Below, in pieces: positions 35,041 through 44,997 of a DNA stretch of 64,000 bases. The notes below the pieces were generated by a model. The model made no database searches. It saw only the letters and a list, made by a program, of their open reading frames with translations, and was not told the origin of the DNA. Both the position numbers and the translations under genes were made by a program. The DNA comes from Caldilineales bacterium (GTDB taxonomy: Bacteria > Chloroflexota > Anaerolineae > JAAEKA01), in NCBI GenBank assembly GCA_041391245.1, contig JAWKOJ010000007.1, positions 141,883 to 205,882 of the forward strand, written 5' to 3'. Each line of letters begins with the position of its first letter. Position 1 is the stretch's first letter.

Positions 35041-37557
35041 TCACCAGCTTGCGTCGCGGCTGGCGGTGATCAGGGTCAGGTTGATGGCTTCGCCGGCCTC
35101 GCGCAGCAATTCCGCATCCAGCCGCTCCAGGGTGTCGTCGGCCCGCGGCACGGCGGAGTCGGTCCGCTGTACCACGATCACCGGCAGGTTCTGGCGCAGC
35201 ACCTCCTGATAGCGGTGCGAAAGCGGCTCACCGCGCTGGACGGCGACATCCAGTGTCGCCGCGTTGTTCTCGAACAGGTCGGCGACGCGCTGCGGCCCGT
35301 CGCTGATCTCCAGCCTGTCGCCGCCCGCCGCCAGGCGCGCCAGGCTGAACCCGGCCACGTCAACCAGCGTTGCGGCCGGCCCGGCATAGTTGGTGGCGAA
35401 GGCCTCGGCGCCCGAATAGTCCAACTCGGAGCCTGTCAGCGCCACGAAGAGCACGCTGCGTCGCGGCGTGTAGTCCTGCTCGTGCCACAGCCGGCCGATC
35501 TCGAGCATGGCGGCCACCGCGGCCGCGCTGTCGTCCGCGCTCTGGTAGACAACGCCGTCGGCCGAGGCATCGCCCGGCGAGTCGTAGTGCGCCAGCACCA
35601 CCAGCAGCTCGCGGTCGAGCGCAACGTCCTGGCCGGGGAACAGGCCCATCACGTTGCGCAGCGCGACCTTGCGCGGCTCGCTAAGCTCGACGCTGACCTG
35701 CGCCTGGCTGGTCAGGGGCGTCAGTTGCCAGGGTGTCTGATCTTTCTGCGCCTCGATGCTGCCGTCAACGGCCGCGAGGCTGGACCCGCTGGCAGCCAGC
35801 AGCCGCTCGGCCGCTTCAGGCGTGATGGCCAGCACCGGCAGCGTGGGCCGGCGCACGTAGTCCGCGCCCAGCTCGGCCAACTGCACCTGATCGCGCAGGC
35901 CGTATGCGTCCTCCTCGACCGTCAACACGGCGCGCGCGCCGCGGATCAGCGCCTCGGTGGAGAATCCCTCCGGCGCGTTGTCGCCGCGCACCAGCACGAT
36001 CTGGTCGCGCAGGTCCATCCCCGCGAAGACCTCGACCGGCCATTGTCGTTGCTGCGGGTCGAAGGTCACGACCGTGACCGGCGCGGTGGCCGTGCCGCTG
36101 CCGCCGTGCCCGTCGATGCGAAACGCAAAGTCATCCAGGTGCGTGAACCGGGCCAGCGGCTGGCCGTCGGCATCAAGCAGCGCCAGCGCGGGCGGCGACA
36201 GTGCCTCGACCAACCGGGTGTCGACTGTTTGGAAATAGGAACGGCCGCCGCCGCCCGGCTGCATGCCGTATTCCTCGAAGCGGGCGGCGATGTAGTCGGC
36301 GGTCTGGTCGTTGCCGGGCGTGCCGGGGCGCCGGTCGCCGAGCTCGACGATGGCGGCGGCGTGCGCAAGAGCCGCGTCGCCGTCGAAGGTGCGGGCGAGC
36401 TGCGCATAGGAGGGCGCCGGGCCGACGTGGCCGACGATGTACCAGGTGGCCGCGACGACGACGGCGACGATGAGCAGCATCTTCTTGCTGAGGATGAAGT
36501 TGGTGTTGAAGCTGCCGCGCTCCATGAGCCGCCGCAATCCCTCGCCCAGCGCGTTGAAGCCCAGCACCGCCAGGAAGAAGGCCAGCCCCGGATAGAAGAC
36601 CATCCACGGGCGGCCGCGCGCCCAGACCCGGCTGTCGGCCATCATCGCGCCCCATTCGGGGATGTCGGGGATGGTGGCCGAGGTGATGAAGTTGCTCTCC
36701 TGGGCCGTTCCGCCGCCCATGAAGACGCCGACGAAGCCCAGCTCGCCCAGCAGCAGCAGGGTGGCGCCCATCTCCAACAGGGTGATGACCACCAGCGCGG
36801 GCAGGATGTTGGGCAGGACGTGGCGGATGGCGGTCTGCGCGCCGGTGAGACCCATGGCGCGCGCGCCCTCGATGAAAGGCCTCTGGCGCAGCGTGATGAA
36901 CTCGCCGCGGATGTACTGTGCGATCTCGCCCCAGCCCACGACACAGAGTGCGATAAGGAAGACGACGATGCCGCGGCGGATGTCCAGCGCAAAGATCACC
37001 AGCATGCCGGTGAGCAGCAACGGGATCGAACTGGTGATGCCGACGGTGCCCATGATGGCCTGGTCGCTGGCCTTGCCCTCGTTCCAGCCGGAGATGATGC
37101 CCAGCACGGTGCCCAGGATGACCCGCGCCAGGGTGATGAAGACCGCCGCCACCAGGGTGTTGCGGGCGCCGTAGAGCAACAGGCTGAGGATGTCGCGGCC
37201 CCACTGGTCGCTGCCCAGCGGGTTGGCGCCGGAGGGCGGGAAGGGAGGCGACTGCAGCGTGCCATCGACCATCGTCAGGGTGGTGGTCCCCACCAGGTAC
37301 GGGTTCTCCGGCGCCCAGAGCGGGCCGAAGAGGACGAGGAAGAACAACACGGCCACGATCAGGAGCCCGACCATCAGCGGAACGTTCTGCAGGATTTTGC
37401 GCGGCGTGATGCGTCGCCGGGCGGTCTGCTTTTGCGGCGGCTCCGGCTCCTGCTCATCCGGACGCGGCGGCTTCAGCAGCTCGCTGTAGTCGAGCCGGCC
37501 GTTGAGGATGCGCTTGAGGAGCGGGTCGTATTGCTCATGGCGGATAGCTGATGGCAA
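35041..37557 (-). CDS. OppC/DppC-type ABC permease fused to a C-terminal extracytoplasmic PA/M28-like domain
   Basis: The N-terminal 370 aa or so are a BPD-type permease (PLGSDQWGRDILS, EGARAMGLTGAQTAIRHVLPN). An extra TM follows, then about 440 aa with AHYDSPG, ADDSAAAVAAMLEIGR and TGSELDYSGA. The start (TTG at 37557) is uncertain. Confidence 0.8.
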   Translation of the reverse strand: MPSAIRHEQYDPLLKRILNGRLDYSELLKPPRPDEQEPEPPQKQTARRRITPRKILQNVPLMVGLLIVAVLFFLVLFGPLWAPENPYLVGTTTLTMVDGTLQSPPFPPSGANPLGSDQWGRDILSLLLYGARNTLVAAVFITLARVILGTVLGIISGWNEGKASDQAIMGTVGITSSIPLLLTGMLVIFALDIRRGIVVFLIALCVVGWGEIAQYIRGEFITLRQRPFIEGARAMGLTGAQTAIRHVLPNILPALVVITLLEMGATLLLLGELGFVGVFMGGGTAQESNFITSATIPDIPEWGAMMADSRVWARGRPWMVFYPGLAFFLAVLGFNALGEGLRRLMERGSFNTNFILSKKMLLIVAVVVAATWYIVGHVGPAPSYAQLARTFDGDAALAHAAAIVELGDRRPGTPGNDQTADYIAARFEEYGMQPGGGGRSYFQTVDTRLVEALSPPALALLDADGQPLARFTHLDDFAFRIDGHGGSGTATAPVTVVTFDPQQRQWPVEVFAGMDLRDQIVLVRGDNAPEGFSTEALIRGARAVLTVEEDAYGLRDQVQLAELGADYVRRPTLPVLAITPEAAERLLAASGSSLAAVDGSIEAQKDQTPWQLTPLTSQAQVSVELSEPRKVALRNVMGLFPGQDVALDRELLVVLAHYDSPGDASADGVVYQSADDSAAAVAAMLEIGRLWHEQDYTPRRSVLFVALTGSELDYSGAEAFATNYAGPAATLVDVAGFSLARLAAGGDRLEISDGPQRVADLFENNAATLDVAVQRGEPLSHRYQEVLRQNLPVIVVQRTDSAVPRADDTLERLDAELLREAGEAINLTLITASRDASW

Positions 37558-37670
37558 ATAGCAAATAGCAGATGGTAAGTGATCAGTCGTCAGTGGTCAG
37601 TGATCGGAGGTCGGATGTGGCCAGAATGTCGTCGCGTTCCAGCCATCGGCCATCGGCTATCTGCCATCCG

Positions 37671-38588
37671 CTACGCCACCGTCTCCCGAATACGCGGGTC
37701 GATGTAACGATAGAGCAAGTCAAGAACCAGATTGACCACCAGGAAGGTCGTGCCCAGCGCCAGGGCCAGAGTCGCAACCACCTCGACCTCGCCGTTGCGG
37801 ATGCCGGTCAGCATCCGGTCGCCCAGTCCCGGCCAGCCAAAGAAGAACTCGACCACCGGCAGCGCGCCCAGTGCGAAACGCAACGAGATCGCGCCGGCGG
37901 TCAGGATCGGCACGGCAGCGTTGCGCAGCGCGTGGCCGTTGACGACCTGGCGGCGGCTTAGCCCCTTGGCGTTGGCGGTGCGGATGTAGTCCTCGAAGAA
38001 GATGGAACCCAGCGTGACAAAGGTGACGCGGGTGATGTAGGCCACCGGCCGGGCCGACAGCACGATCACCGGGAAGATCATGTGCCGCCAGTCCCAACCG
38101 AAGCCGCCGGCAAAGGCGATGCGCAGACCGTAGCGCTGGATCACGTTGATGGCCAGCACCTGCAAGAGCATGGCGACGAAGAAGGATGGAATCGAGATGC
38201 CGACGATGGTGGCCGACAGCAGCATGAAGGACGCGGTGGATGACTGCCGCAGGGAAGCCAGCATGCCAAACATCAGCCCCAGCGCCAGCGACACGACCAG
38301 CGACGTGATCAGCAGCCCCATGCTCTTGAAATAGGTGTCCAGCAGCACCTGGGTGACAGGCACGGTGCGGTCACGGCTGATCTGCACGGTTCCGAAGTCG
38401 CCTTTGACGGCGTTGGCGATGAAATGTTCCGTGTCCTCCACGGCAGCCTGGGCATAGCGGGCGATGCGAAAATCGGCGCGCGGCGCGGTGGAGTTGCGCG
38501 TCATGCGCATGCCAAGGAAGACAAAGAAGACGATGGCAATGGCAACGATCAGGATGAACGCCAGGCGGCGGAAGACGAAGGATAGCAT
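37671..38588 (-). CDS. OppB/DppB-type ABC transporter permease
   Basis: ATG at 38588 (MLSFVFRRLAFILIV). Contains the permease EAA-loop region (EDYIRTANAKGLSRRQVVNGHALRNA). Confidence 0.85.
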   Translation of the reverse strand: MLSFVFRRLAFILIVAIAIVFFVFLGMRMTRNSTAPRADFRIARYAQAAVEDTEHFIANAVKGDFGTVQISRDRTVPVTQVLLDTYFKSMGLLITSLVVSLALGLMFGMLASLRQSSTASFMLLSATIVGISIPSFFVAMLLQVLAINVIQRYGLRIAFAGGFGWDWRHMIFPVIVLSARPVAYITRVTFVTLGSIFFEDYIRTANAKGLSRRQVVNGHALRNAAVPILTAGAISLRFALGALPVVEFFFGWPGLGDRMLTGIRNGEVEVVATLALALGTTFLVVNLVLDLLYRYIDPRIRETVA

Positions 38589-38771
38589 TACGAGAAACCC
38601 TGTGGTTGAAACCGCAGTCTTGTACCGCAACCCTTGCTGGAGCAAGTTGGTGAAACGGCGACGCGTTCACATGGGCGAGCCTGTGGGTTCAGCCACAGAT
38701 GGCGGGTGTGGTAAAGACTGCGCCAGCCCTTTCCATTCACTCCCGACCAGGCCGACAGGTTCAATGCGCCG

Positions 38772-40322
38772 TCACGCCAGTTGTGGCAGAATGAACCAGA
38801 CCAGCGCGGCCCCATCCAGCAGCGCGAGCAGGGCAAAGGGCAGCACAAAGGCGGCTACAGTCAGGCGACGCCGCCAGGCTGTCGAGAACCGTGCGGCAGC
38901 CAGCGACCAGGCAAGGAAAGCTGCACCCGCGCCGCCCAACAGCGCCACGCTCCACGTGTTGACACCCGCGCGCAGCCATCCGATCACACCGGCCAGCGCT
39001 GCCGACGCGATCAGCACCAGCCCGGCCCAGCGCGCCGCGGCCGGTCGTAGCGCCTCATGCCAGCCGAGCGCCACGGCCAGTCCGATAGCGGGCAGCGCCG
39101 GGAAGAGGTAGCGTCCCTGCGGCTGGACGAAGATCAGGTTGTAGGAAACGTAGATGCCAAGAGTCAACAAGGCGGAGAGGGCTAGCAGGGCCAATGACCA
39201 CGTTTGGAAACGTGATCCGTGATGCGTGATGTGTGCATTGTTGCGCGGCTGGCGCGCTTTACGTGCAGCCAGTGCAACGCATCCGGCCAGCACGGCGAGG
39301 CTGAACGCCAGCAGCAGCGTGTAGATGCGCCCGTCCATCCAGACGCCCATCCAGCCGAAGACGCCCCAGAAGCTGTCGTGGCTCCAGACGACGAAGCGCT
39401 CCAGCACCCCGCCGGGGCCTGCCTGCGCCAGCAGTTCGCTGGTGCGCAACTGGCCCACGACCACCGTGTCGTGCCAGCGGCGCGCCAGGATGTCCATGTG
39501 GCCGTACACCGACGCGTTGCGCACGTACCAGGGCAGGGCGATCAGCAGAGCCGGCAGGAAAACGAGGATCAGATGAACCGTGAACCGTGACGCGTAGCCT
39601 GCAGCGAGGTTCTGGCGGCGCGCTTCGTACCAGGCGACCAGCAGGGCGGCAAGCGCAATCGGCGCCGCGACGTACGCGCTCACCTTGGTGATCAACGCCA
39701 GCCCCAGCAGCAGGCCCAGGATCAGCGCATCCCATCCGCCCGGCGAGCGCGGCCCAAGCACGGCAAGCCTGACGTAACGGATCGACAGCAGCAGAACCGC
39801 CGCCAGCAACACCTCGGCCAGCGCGTCGTTGTTGACCGAGGCCGCCATCGCCAGATGCATGGGCAGGAAGGCAACGAAAGCTGCCGCCCCCAGCGCCAGA
39901 TAGACCCGTCCCGGAAAGATAGTCGCCGCGATAGCATAGGTCAGCACCACCAGCAGCGCACCGAGAACCGCCGAAAACAGCCTCAGCGCGGTCAGTTCAC
40001 CTCCCGTCACCCGGAAAACCGGTCCGGCCAGCAAGTAGTAGAGCGGCGGCTGGTGGGCCTCGTAGCGCACACCTGCGATGGATAGCTCCGGCGGGAATCG
40101 GGCGGCCTTGAGCTGGTCCAGGTATGCCTGGTCGTAGTCCCCCATGCGCAGCACCGGGAACTGGCCGGTGGTGGCAAGCTCGTGGACGTAGTTGTAGTGG
40201 GCCGGTTCGTCGGGAGCCTGCCAGGCTGGCACCTGCACGGCGTAGAGCGTGACCAGCAGCAGATAGATCGCAACAATCAGTGCGAGCCACACCTTGGGGT
40301 AACGGGGAGACATTGCCGCCAT
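38772..40322 (-). CDS. Polytopic membrane protein, GT39/ArnT-like glycosyltransferase family (tentative)
   Basis: At least 10 hydrophobic segments, with a first-loop motif APDEPAHYNYV. The start is at 40322 or 40313. Confidence 0.6.
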   Translation of the reverse strand: MAAMSPRYPKVWLALIVAIYLLLVTLYAVQVPAWQAPDEPAHYNYVHELATTGQFPVLRMGDYDQAYLDQLKAARFPPELSIAGVRYEAHQPPLYYLLAGPVFRVTGGELTALRLFSAVLGALLVVLTYAIAATIFPGRVYLALGAAAFVAFLPMHLAMAASVNNDALAEVLLAAVLLLSIRYVRLAVLGPRSPGGWDALILGLLLGLALITKVSAYVAAPIALAALLVAWYEARRQNLAAGYASRFTVHLILVFLPALLIALPWYVRNASVYGHMDILARRWHDTVVVGQLRTSELLAQAGPGGVLERFVVWSHDSFWGVFGWMGVWMDGRIYTLLLAFSLAVLAGCVALAARKARQPRNNAHITHHGSRFQTWSLALLALSALLTLGIYVSYNLIFVQPQGRYLFPALPAIGLAVALGWHEALRPAAARWAGLVLIASAALAGVIGWLRAGVNTWSVALLGGAGAAFLAWSLAAARFSTAWRRRLTVAAFVLPFALLALLDGAALVWFILPQLA

Positions 40323-40345
40323 TTTACCGCAGGCGCGACAGCGGG

Positions 40346-40580
40346 GCAAAGAAGGAGGGGAAGGGAGTGGGAGAGAAGGAGAGGGAGAGAGGGATAGAGG
40401 GGGAAGGGGGGAAAGGAGGGAAAGGGAGAGGACGGAGCGTCCGTGATTGGAGGACGAGGATGGGTCTTGTGTCTTTTCACGCCTCACGTTTTACGTTTCA
40501 CGCGCCGAGACGCGCCGCGTCACGTCTCTCTTTTTCCCTCCTTTCCTTTTTTTCCTTCCTCTTACGTTTCCCTCCCCCGG
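40346..40580. repeat. About 90 nt polypurine tract and about 55 nt polypyrimidine tract flanking a cacg-word core, in a divergent promoter region
   Basis: 40346-40435 is almost exclusively G/A (ggggaagggagtgggagagaaggagaggg...). 40525-40580 is almost exclusively C/T (tctctctttttccctcctttcc...). Confidence 0.7.
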
Positions 40581-40581
40581 A

Positions 40582-40610
40582 TTGACAGCCCGCCAGCGGT
40601 CGTTTAGAAT
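40582..40610 (+). promoter_or_regulatory. Sigma70-like promoter for the C39-TPR gene
   Basis: TTGACA (40582-40587), a 17-nt spacer, then TAGAAT (40605-40610). Confidence 0.5.
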
Positions 40611-40657
40611 GGCTGAACCACTGGAACGTATGAGACGTGTAGTGACTGGTGAACGAG

Positions 40658-42061
40658 ATGACCGAGACGAGATTACCTGGACGCATTGAACAGCACCCCG
40701 GACGCTGGCTGGCCTTGCTGGGCGCGGCGCTGCTGCTTGGCCTGGCGGCGGTGCTGATCTGGGGCAGCCTGCGCTATGGCGGGTTGGACGGCCTTGCACA
40801 GCGGGTGCGCGTGCAGTTTGCCCAGCCCGTGGAACATCCGGCGCTGGTGCCGACGCCGCTGGCAGCCGTCGAAGGTGGCAACGCGCAGGCAATGGCCTTG
40901 CTGGCCAACACCGCCACGCCGTCCGTCACGACCGCACCGCCGACGGCGACGGCCACGCCTGCCGCCACGCCGATCCTCGAAGCTGCCGCAGCCGATGAAC
41001 TGCGGACAGAGCACGCCGCCACGCGGCCGACCGGCACGCCGACCGCCACTCCCCTGCCCACCGACACCCCGTTGCCGACCGACACACCGGTCCCCACGCC
41101 GCAGGTCGCGCCGGGCGCGGGCGTCGTCCTGTCCGGCATCGCTCACTACTGGCAGACCTGGAACAACTGCGGCCCGGCCACGCTGTCCATGAACCTCAGC
41201 TACTATGGCAGCCAGGTCAAGCAAGCCGAGGCGGCCCGCTCTCTCAAGCCCGACAGCGACGACAAAAACGTCAGCCCGCACGAGATGGTCGCCTTTGCGC
41301 AGTCGCAGGGCCTGCACGCCCTGGCGCGCGTCGACGGCAGCAGCGAGCAACTGCGCCAGTTGGTGGACGCCGGCATCCCGGTGTTGATCGAGACCTGGCT
41401 GGACCACGACGGCGGCATGGGCCACTATCGTCTCGTGACCGGCTACGACGACAGCACGCAGGAGTGGATCGTCTACGACAGCTACATCAGCGAGGGCATC
41501 GATCCCAAGGGGCCGTATCCCGGCATCCGCATGAGCTACGCCGACCTGGACCGGCTGTGGCGCGTCTTCAACAACACCTACGTGCTGGTCTACGATGATG
41601 CCCGCGCCGCGGCGGCCGAGGCTATCGTCGGCGACGAGATGGACGACCAGACCATGTGGGAGCGGGCGCTGGCGCGCGCCCAGGCCGACGCCCAGGCCAA
41701 TCCGCAGGACGCCTTCGCCTGGTTCAACCTGGGCAGCAGCCTGGAGGCGCTGGGCCGGCCGGCCGACGCGGCGGTGGCCTTCGACCAGGCGCGGGTCATC
41801 GGCCTGCCCTGGCGCATGCTGTGGTACCAGTTTGCCCCCTTCCGCGCCTACTACGACGCCGGCCGCTACGACGAACTGGTGGCCGTGGCCGACGCCACCA
41901 TCGCCACTGCCGGCAACATCGAGGAGACCTTCTACTGGAAAGGCAAGGGGTTGCAGGCGCTGGGCGACATCGACGGCGCGCGTGACAACTTTCGCCGCGC
42001 GGCCGAGCTCAACAGCAACTACGCCGAAGCGGCTGCCGCGCTGGCCGAACTGGGCGGCTGA
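40658..42061 (+). CDS. Membrane-anchored C39-like cysteine peptidase domain protein with C-terminal TPR repeats
   Basis: A TM anchor and PT-rich linker precede YWQTWNNCGPATLSMNLSYYG (C39_2-type catalytic Cys context) and TPR-like helices at the C-terminus. The start is ATG 40658 or GTG 40649. Confidence 0.7.
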   Translation: MTETRLPGRIEQHPGRWLALLGAALLLGLAAVLIWGSLRYGGLDGLAQRVRVQFAQPVEHPALVPTPLAAVEGGNAQAMALLANTATPSVTTAPPTATATPAATPILEAAAADELRTEHAATRPTGTPTATPLPTDTPLPTDTPVPTPQVAPGAGVVLSGIAHYWQTWNNCGPATLSMNLSYYGSQVKQAEAARSLKPDSDDKNVSPHEMVAFAQSQGLHALARVDGSSEQLRQLVDAGIPVLIETWLDHDGGMGHYRLVTGYDDSTQEWIVYDSYISEGIDPKGPYPGIRMSYADLDRLWRVFNNTYVLVYDDARAAAAEAIVGDEMDDQTMWERALARAQADAQANPQDAFAWFNLGSSLEALGRPADAAVAFDQARVIGLPWRMLWYQFAPFRAYYDAGRYDELVAVADATIATAGNIEETFYWKGKGLQALGDIDGARDNFRRAAELNSNYAEAAAALAELGG

Positions 42062-42066
42062 ACCAG

Positions 42067-43635
42067 ATGGCTGAAGGCGTGACGCCAACGACCGGGCCGT
42101 CGCTGGGCGCGCGCCTGACCCACATCACCCGCAACACGCTGCTGGTCACGTTCCTATTCGGGCTGGCAGCGGCGGCCGGGCTGTTCCGCAACATCATCGT
42201 CGCCCAGGAGTTCGGCATCGGCGCCGACCTGGACGCCTACTACGCGGCCTTCAAGCTGCCCGACCTGCTATTTGCGGTGGTGGCCGGCGGCGCGCTGGCC
42301 ACCGCCTTCATCCCCGTCTTCGCCGATTTCCTCAGCGCAGGCGACCGCCGCGGCGCCTGGCGGCTCAACGCCGCCATCACCAACCTGGTGGTCATCGTGA
42401 CCGGCGTGCTGGCCAGCATCGCCTGGATCTTTGCGCCCTGGCTGGTCAGCACGGTCATCGCCCCCGGGTTCCCGCCGTCAGGTCAGGCCGAGACGGTGCA
42501 GGTGATGCGCATCGTGCTGATCTCGACCGTCATCTTTGGCATCAGCGCGGTGCAGGGGAGCGCGCTCAACGGGTTCAAGCACTTCTTATTACCCGCGCTG
42601 GCGCCGGTTGTCTATCCGCTGGGCGTGGCGGCCGGCGCACTCTTCCTGGCGCCGACCATGGGCGTGACCGGGCTGGCCATCGGCGCGGTCTTCGGGTCGT
42701 TGCTGCACCTGCTGATCAAGGTGCCGGGACTGATCAAGTTCGGCTTTCGCTGGTGGCCGGTGCTGGACCTGAAGACCGAAGCGGTGCGCCACGTGCTGGT
42801 GTTGCTGGGGCCGCGGGTCCTGGACCTGTTTGTCTTTCAGTTCACCCTGATCGCCACCACCAACCTGGCGTCGCGATTGCCCGCCGGGGGTGTCAGCTCG
42901 GTGGAGTGGGGCTGGGACGCCATGCAACTGCCTGAGACGCTGATCGGGACGGCGTTCGGGCTGGTGGCCTTCCCGACCATGGCCGAGCTGGCGGCGCGCG
43001 GCGATATCGGCGGGCTGCGCAGCACGCTGGGCGAGACGCTGCGCTGGGTCATCGCGCTGGCGCTGCCGGCCACGGTCGGGCTGATCCTGCTGGGCCAGCC
43101 GCTGCTGACCTTCCTCTACCAGCGCGCCAGTTCGACGCGGCGGCCGTGGACGCCGTCTATGCCACGCTGCGCTTCTTCGCGCTGGGCCTGATCGCTCACA
43201 CCCGTCTGGAGCTGACGGCGCGCCTTCTTCGCCCAGAAGGACACGCTTACCCCGCTGATCGTCGCCGTCGGCTCGGCGGCGACCAACATCCTGCTGGCGA
43301 TTTTGCTGATGGGTGTGCTGGGCGCGGGTGGGCTGGCGCTGGCCAACTCGCTGGCCGTAACGGCCGAGGTGCTGGTGTTGATGGCGATCTTACGCAAACG
43401 CTGGGGCGGCGTCGAAGGACGGCTGATCGGGCGCACCTTGGTGCGCTGGCTGGCCAGCGCCGTGATGGGCGTGATGCTGGTGCTGTTCCTGGACCGCGTC
43501 GAGACCATCGCCCTCAGTCCGGTGCTGGTGGTGCTGGCCGGTGGGTTGCTGGGCGCGGCCGTCTACATCGTGGCGGGCCTGCTGCTGGGCGTTCGCGAGC
43601 TGCGGGAGATGCCGCGGGCATTGCTGGGACGATGA
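42067..43635 (+). CDS. murJ: Lipid II flippase MurJ, with two compensating frameshifts near 43130 and 43220
   Basis: N-terminus RNTLLVTFLFGLAAAAGLFRNIIVAQEFG...LDAYYAAFKLPDLLF. The frame of 42067..43191 resumes at 43303..43635, and the middle piece reads correctly in the frame of 43146. Confidence 0.85.
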
Positions 43636-43858
43636 TCTGTCAGTCATACTTTAGCCGAACTTTGTGCTGCGGCGTCCCGATAATACGTGGTCGATGGACG
43701 CGATTTATCCTACAGGGACGCGATCCGAAGCCTTGACTGCATCGTGCGCTGTGAATACAATTGGCTCATCGACAGTTTGATAGTCTTTATTCGTCCCCGC
43801 AAAAAGATAGCGACTTGCTCCGTTCGTTTTTTCCTTGGACGGCGAGTATAGGAGACGC

Positions 43859-44179
43859 ATGACAGCCACGCTATATGCTCAACCAGTAGACCGAGCGCAA
43901 CAACTGCTGCCACTGGTGCGCGCTGCCGTCGATGGCGAGATCATTCGACTGGAGCTCGCGCTGAGGCTGGCGCGTGAACGGCTCCTGCCCTTCGAGAAGC
44001 GGAACGGCGTCAGCTCCGAGTACTTCATCGCGAATATGGCTGCTGAAGACCTGGAAGGAAAGGACGACGAATACGTTCAGTGGGCAGGTGAATACCGGTT
44101 GATGAAACGCCTCGAAGAAAAGCTCACTCGTCTGCAGGAGGTCGAGTACAGTGATTCAGGCGTACTTCGACCAACTTAA
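43859..44179 (+). CDS. Hypothetical small helical protein (antitoxin-like partner of the downstream gene)
   Basis: ATG at 43859 follows GGAG. It overlaps the next ORF by 29 nt and lies in a locally lower-GC segment. Confidence 0.4.
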   Translation: MTATLYAQPVDRAQQLLPLVRAAVDGEIIRLELALRLARERLLPFEKRNGVSSEYFIANMAAEDLEGKDDEYVQWAGEYRLMKRLEEKLTRLQEVEYSDSGVLRPT

Positions 44180-44555
44180 GCATATTGTCGACAGTTATGC
44201 GGCAGCTTCTTTTGTGCTGGATGCCCGGGTAAGCTTTGAACTGCGTCCGGGTGATCAGGGCTACTTGCTCGGTTCGATGCTGTTCCTTGATCAGTCGCTT
44301 TTACACTTCCGCGAGTATCTTGATGTTGCTGAAGGTCGTGTGAATAGGTTAAGCTACTCGTACCACTACCAAGACTCCGAAGATCGATTGGTTTTCCGAT
44401 ACGACAATGCTCTCCATCGACCTGCTTTGCTGGCACTTGAGCACAAGCATAGCGGAGACACGATAGTGGCAAGTCCGGCGCCAAGCCTCGAAGTCGTGCT
44501 CAGCGAAATCGCTGGAGACAAGGGGTGGATTGAAGAGATGGCTGAAAGGAAGTAG
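44151..44555 (+). CDS. DUF6516/TumE-like putative toxin (tentative)
   Basis: The pattern YSYHYQD...LVFRYDNALHRP...EHKH resembles the family as I recall it. There is no tool confirmation. Confidence 0.45.
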   Translation: MIQAYFDQLKHIVDSYAAASFVLDARVSFELRPGDQGYLLGSMLFLDQSLLHFREYLDVAEGRVNRLSYSYHYQDSEDRLVFRYDNALHRPALLALEHKHSGDTIVASPAPSLEVVLSEIAGDKGWIEEMAERK

Positions 44556-44603
44556 TTTCTCGGTGCTGCAAGTCCCGAGATAGCAATTCGTGGGAACGAA
44601 AAG

Positions 44604-44639
44604 CCCCCGGCGGTCCAGATCCGCCGGGGGTTTCTGTTT
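44604..44639 (+). terminator. Rho-independent terminator after the TA-like pair
   Basis: cccccggcgg (44604-44613), a 7-nt loop, ccgccggggg (44621-44630), then tttctgttt. Confidence 0.75.
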
Positions 44640-44997
44640 CATACAGTGTGTGGGGCTACGCGGGGGATGGGACGCTGCTTGGGCGTGAGTGTGCTTGTGC
44701 CCTTGTCCATTCCCCACCCCCAAATCCTTATGACGCGGTGTGTCAACGGGCTTGCTGAACTTGCCAAAACCGCGAGATTATGACACAATGCGTCATAGAT
44801 TGTAACACCTGCGTTCCTCACTTGCAGACCGTCAGGTCATTGCAGAGCGGCGTTTGAGCCATGAAGGCTGATAGCGATTTCCCCTCCCATGACGGCGTGG
44901 CCAAGGCTGGCGATCCCCTTCAAGCCTGGCCCCGGAGCGCGGCGTGCCACTTGCATGTTCCCGGTTACGCAAAATCAGCGACAAGGAGGTCGGACCA

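Noticed and set aside
44777-44788. The 12-mer attatgacacaa is shared between the ccr upstream region and 55536-55547, which might indicate a common operator.
   Set aside because: There are only two copies. They sit in different positions relative to the predicted -35 and -10 elements, so a chance match cannot be excluded.
43640-44900. Considered whether the lower-GC islet was a prophage or integrative-element remnant.
   Set aside because: No integrase, transposase, tRNA or direct repeats are visible. Only the two small ORFs and a terminator are present.
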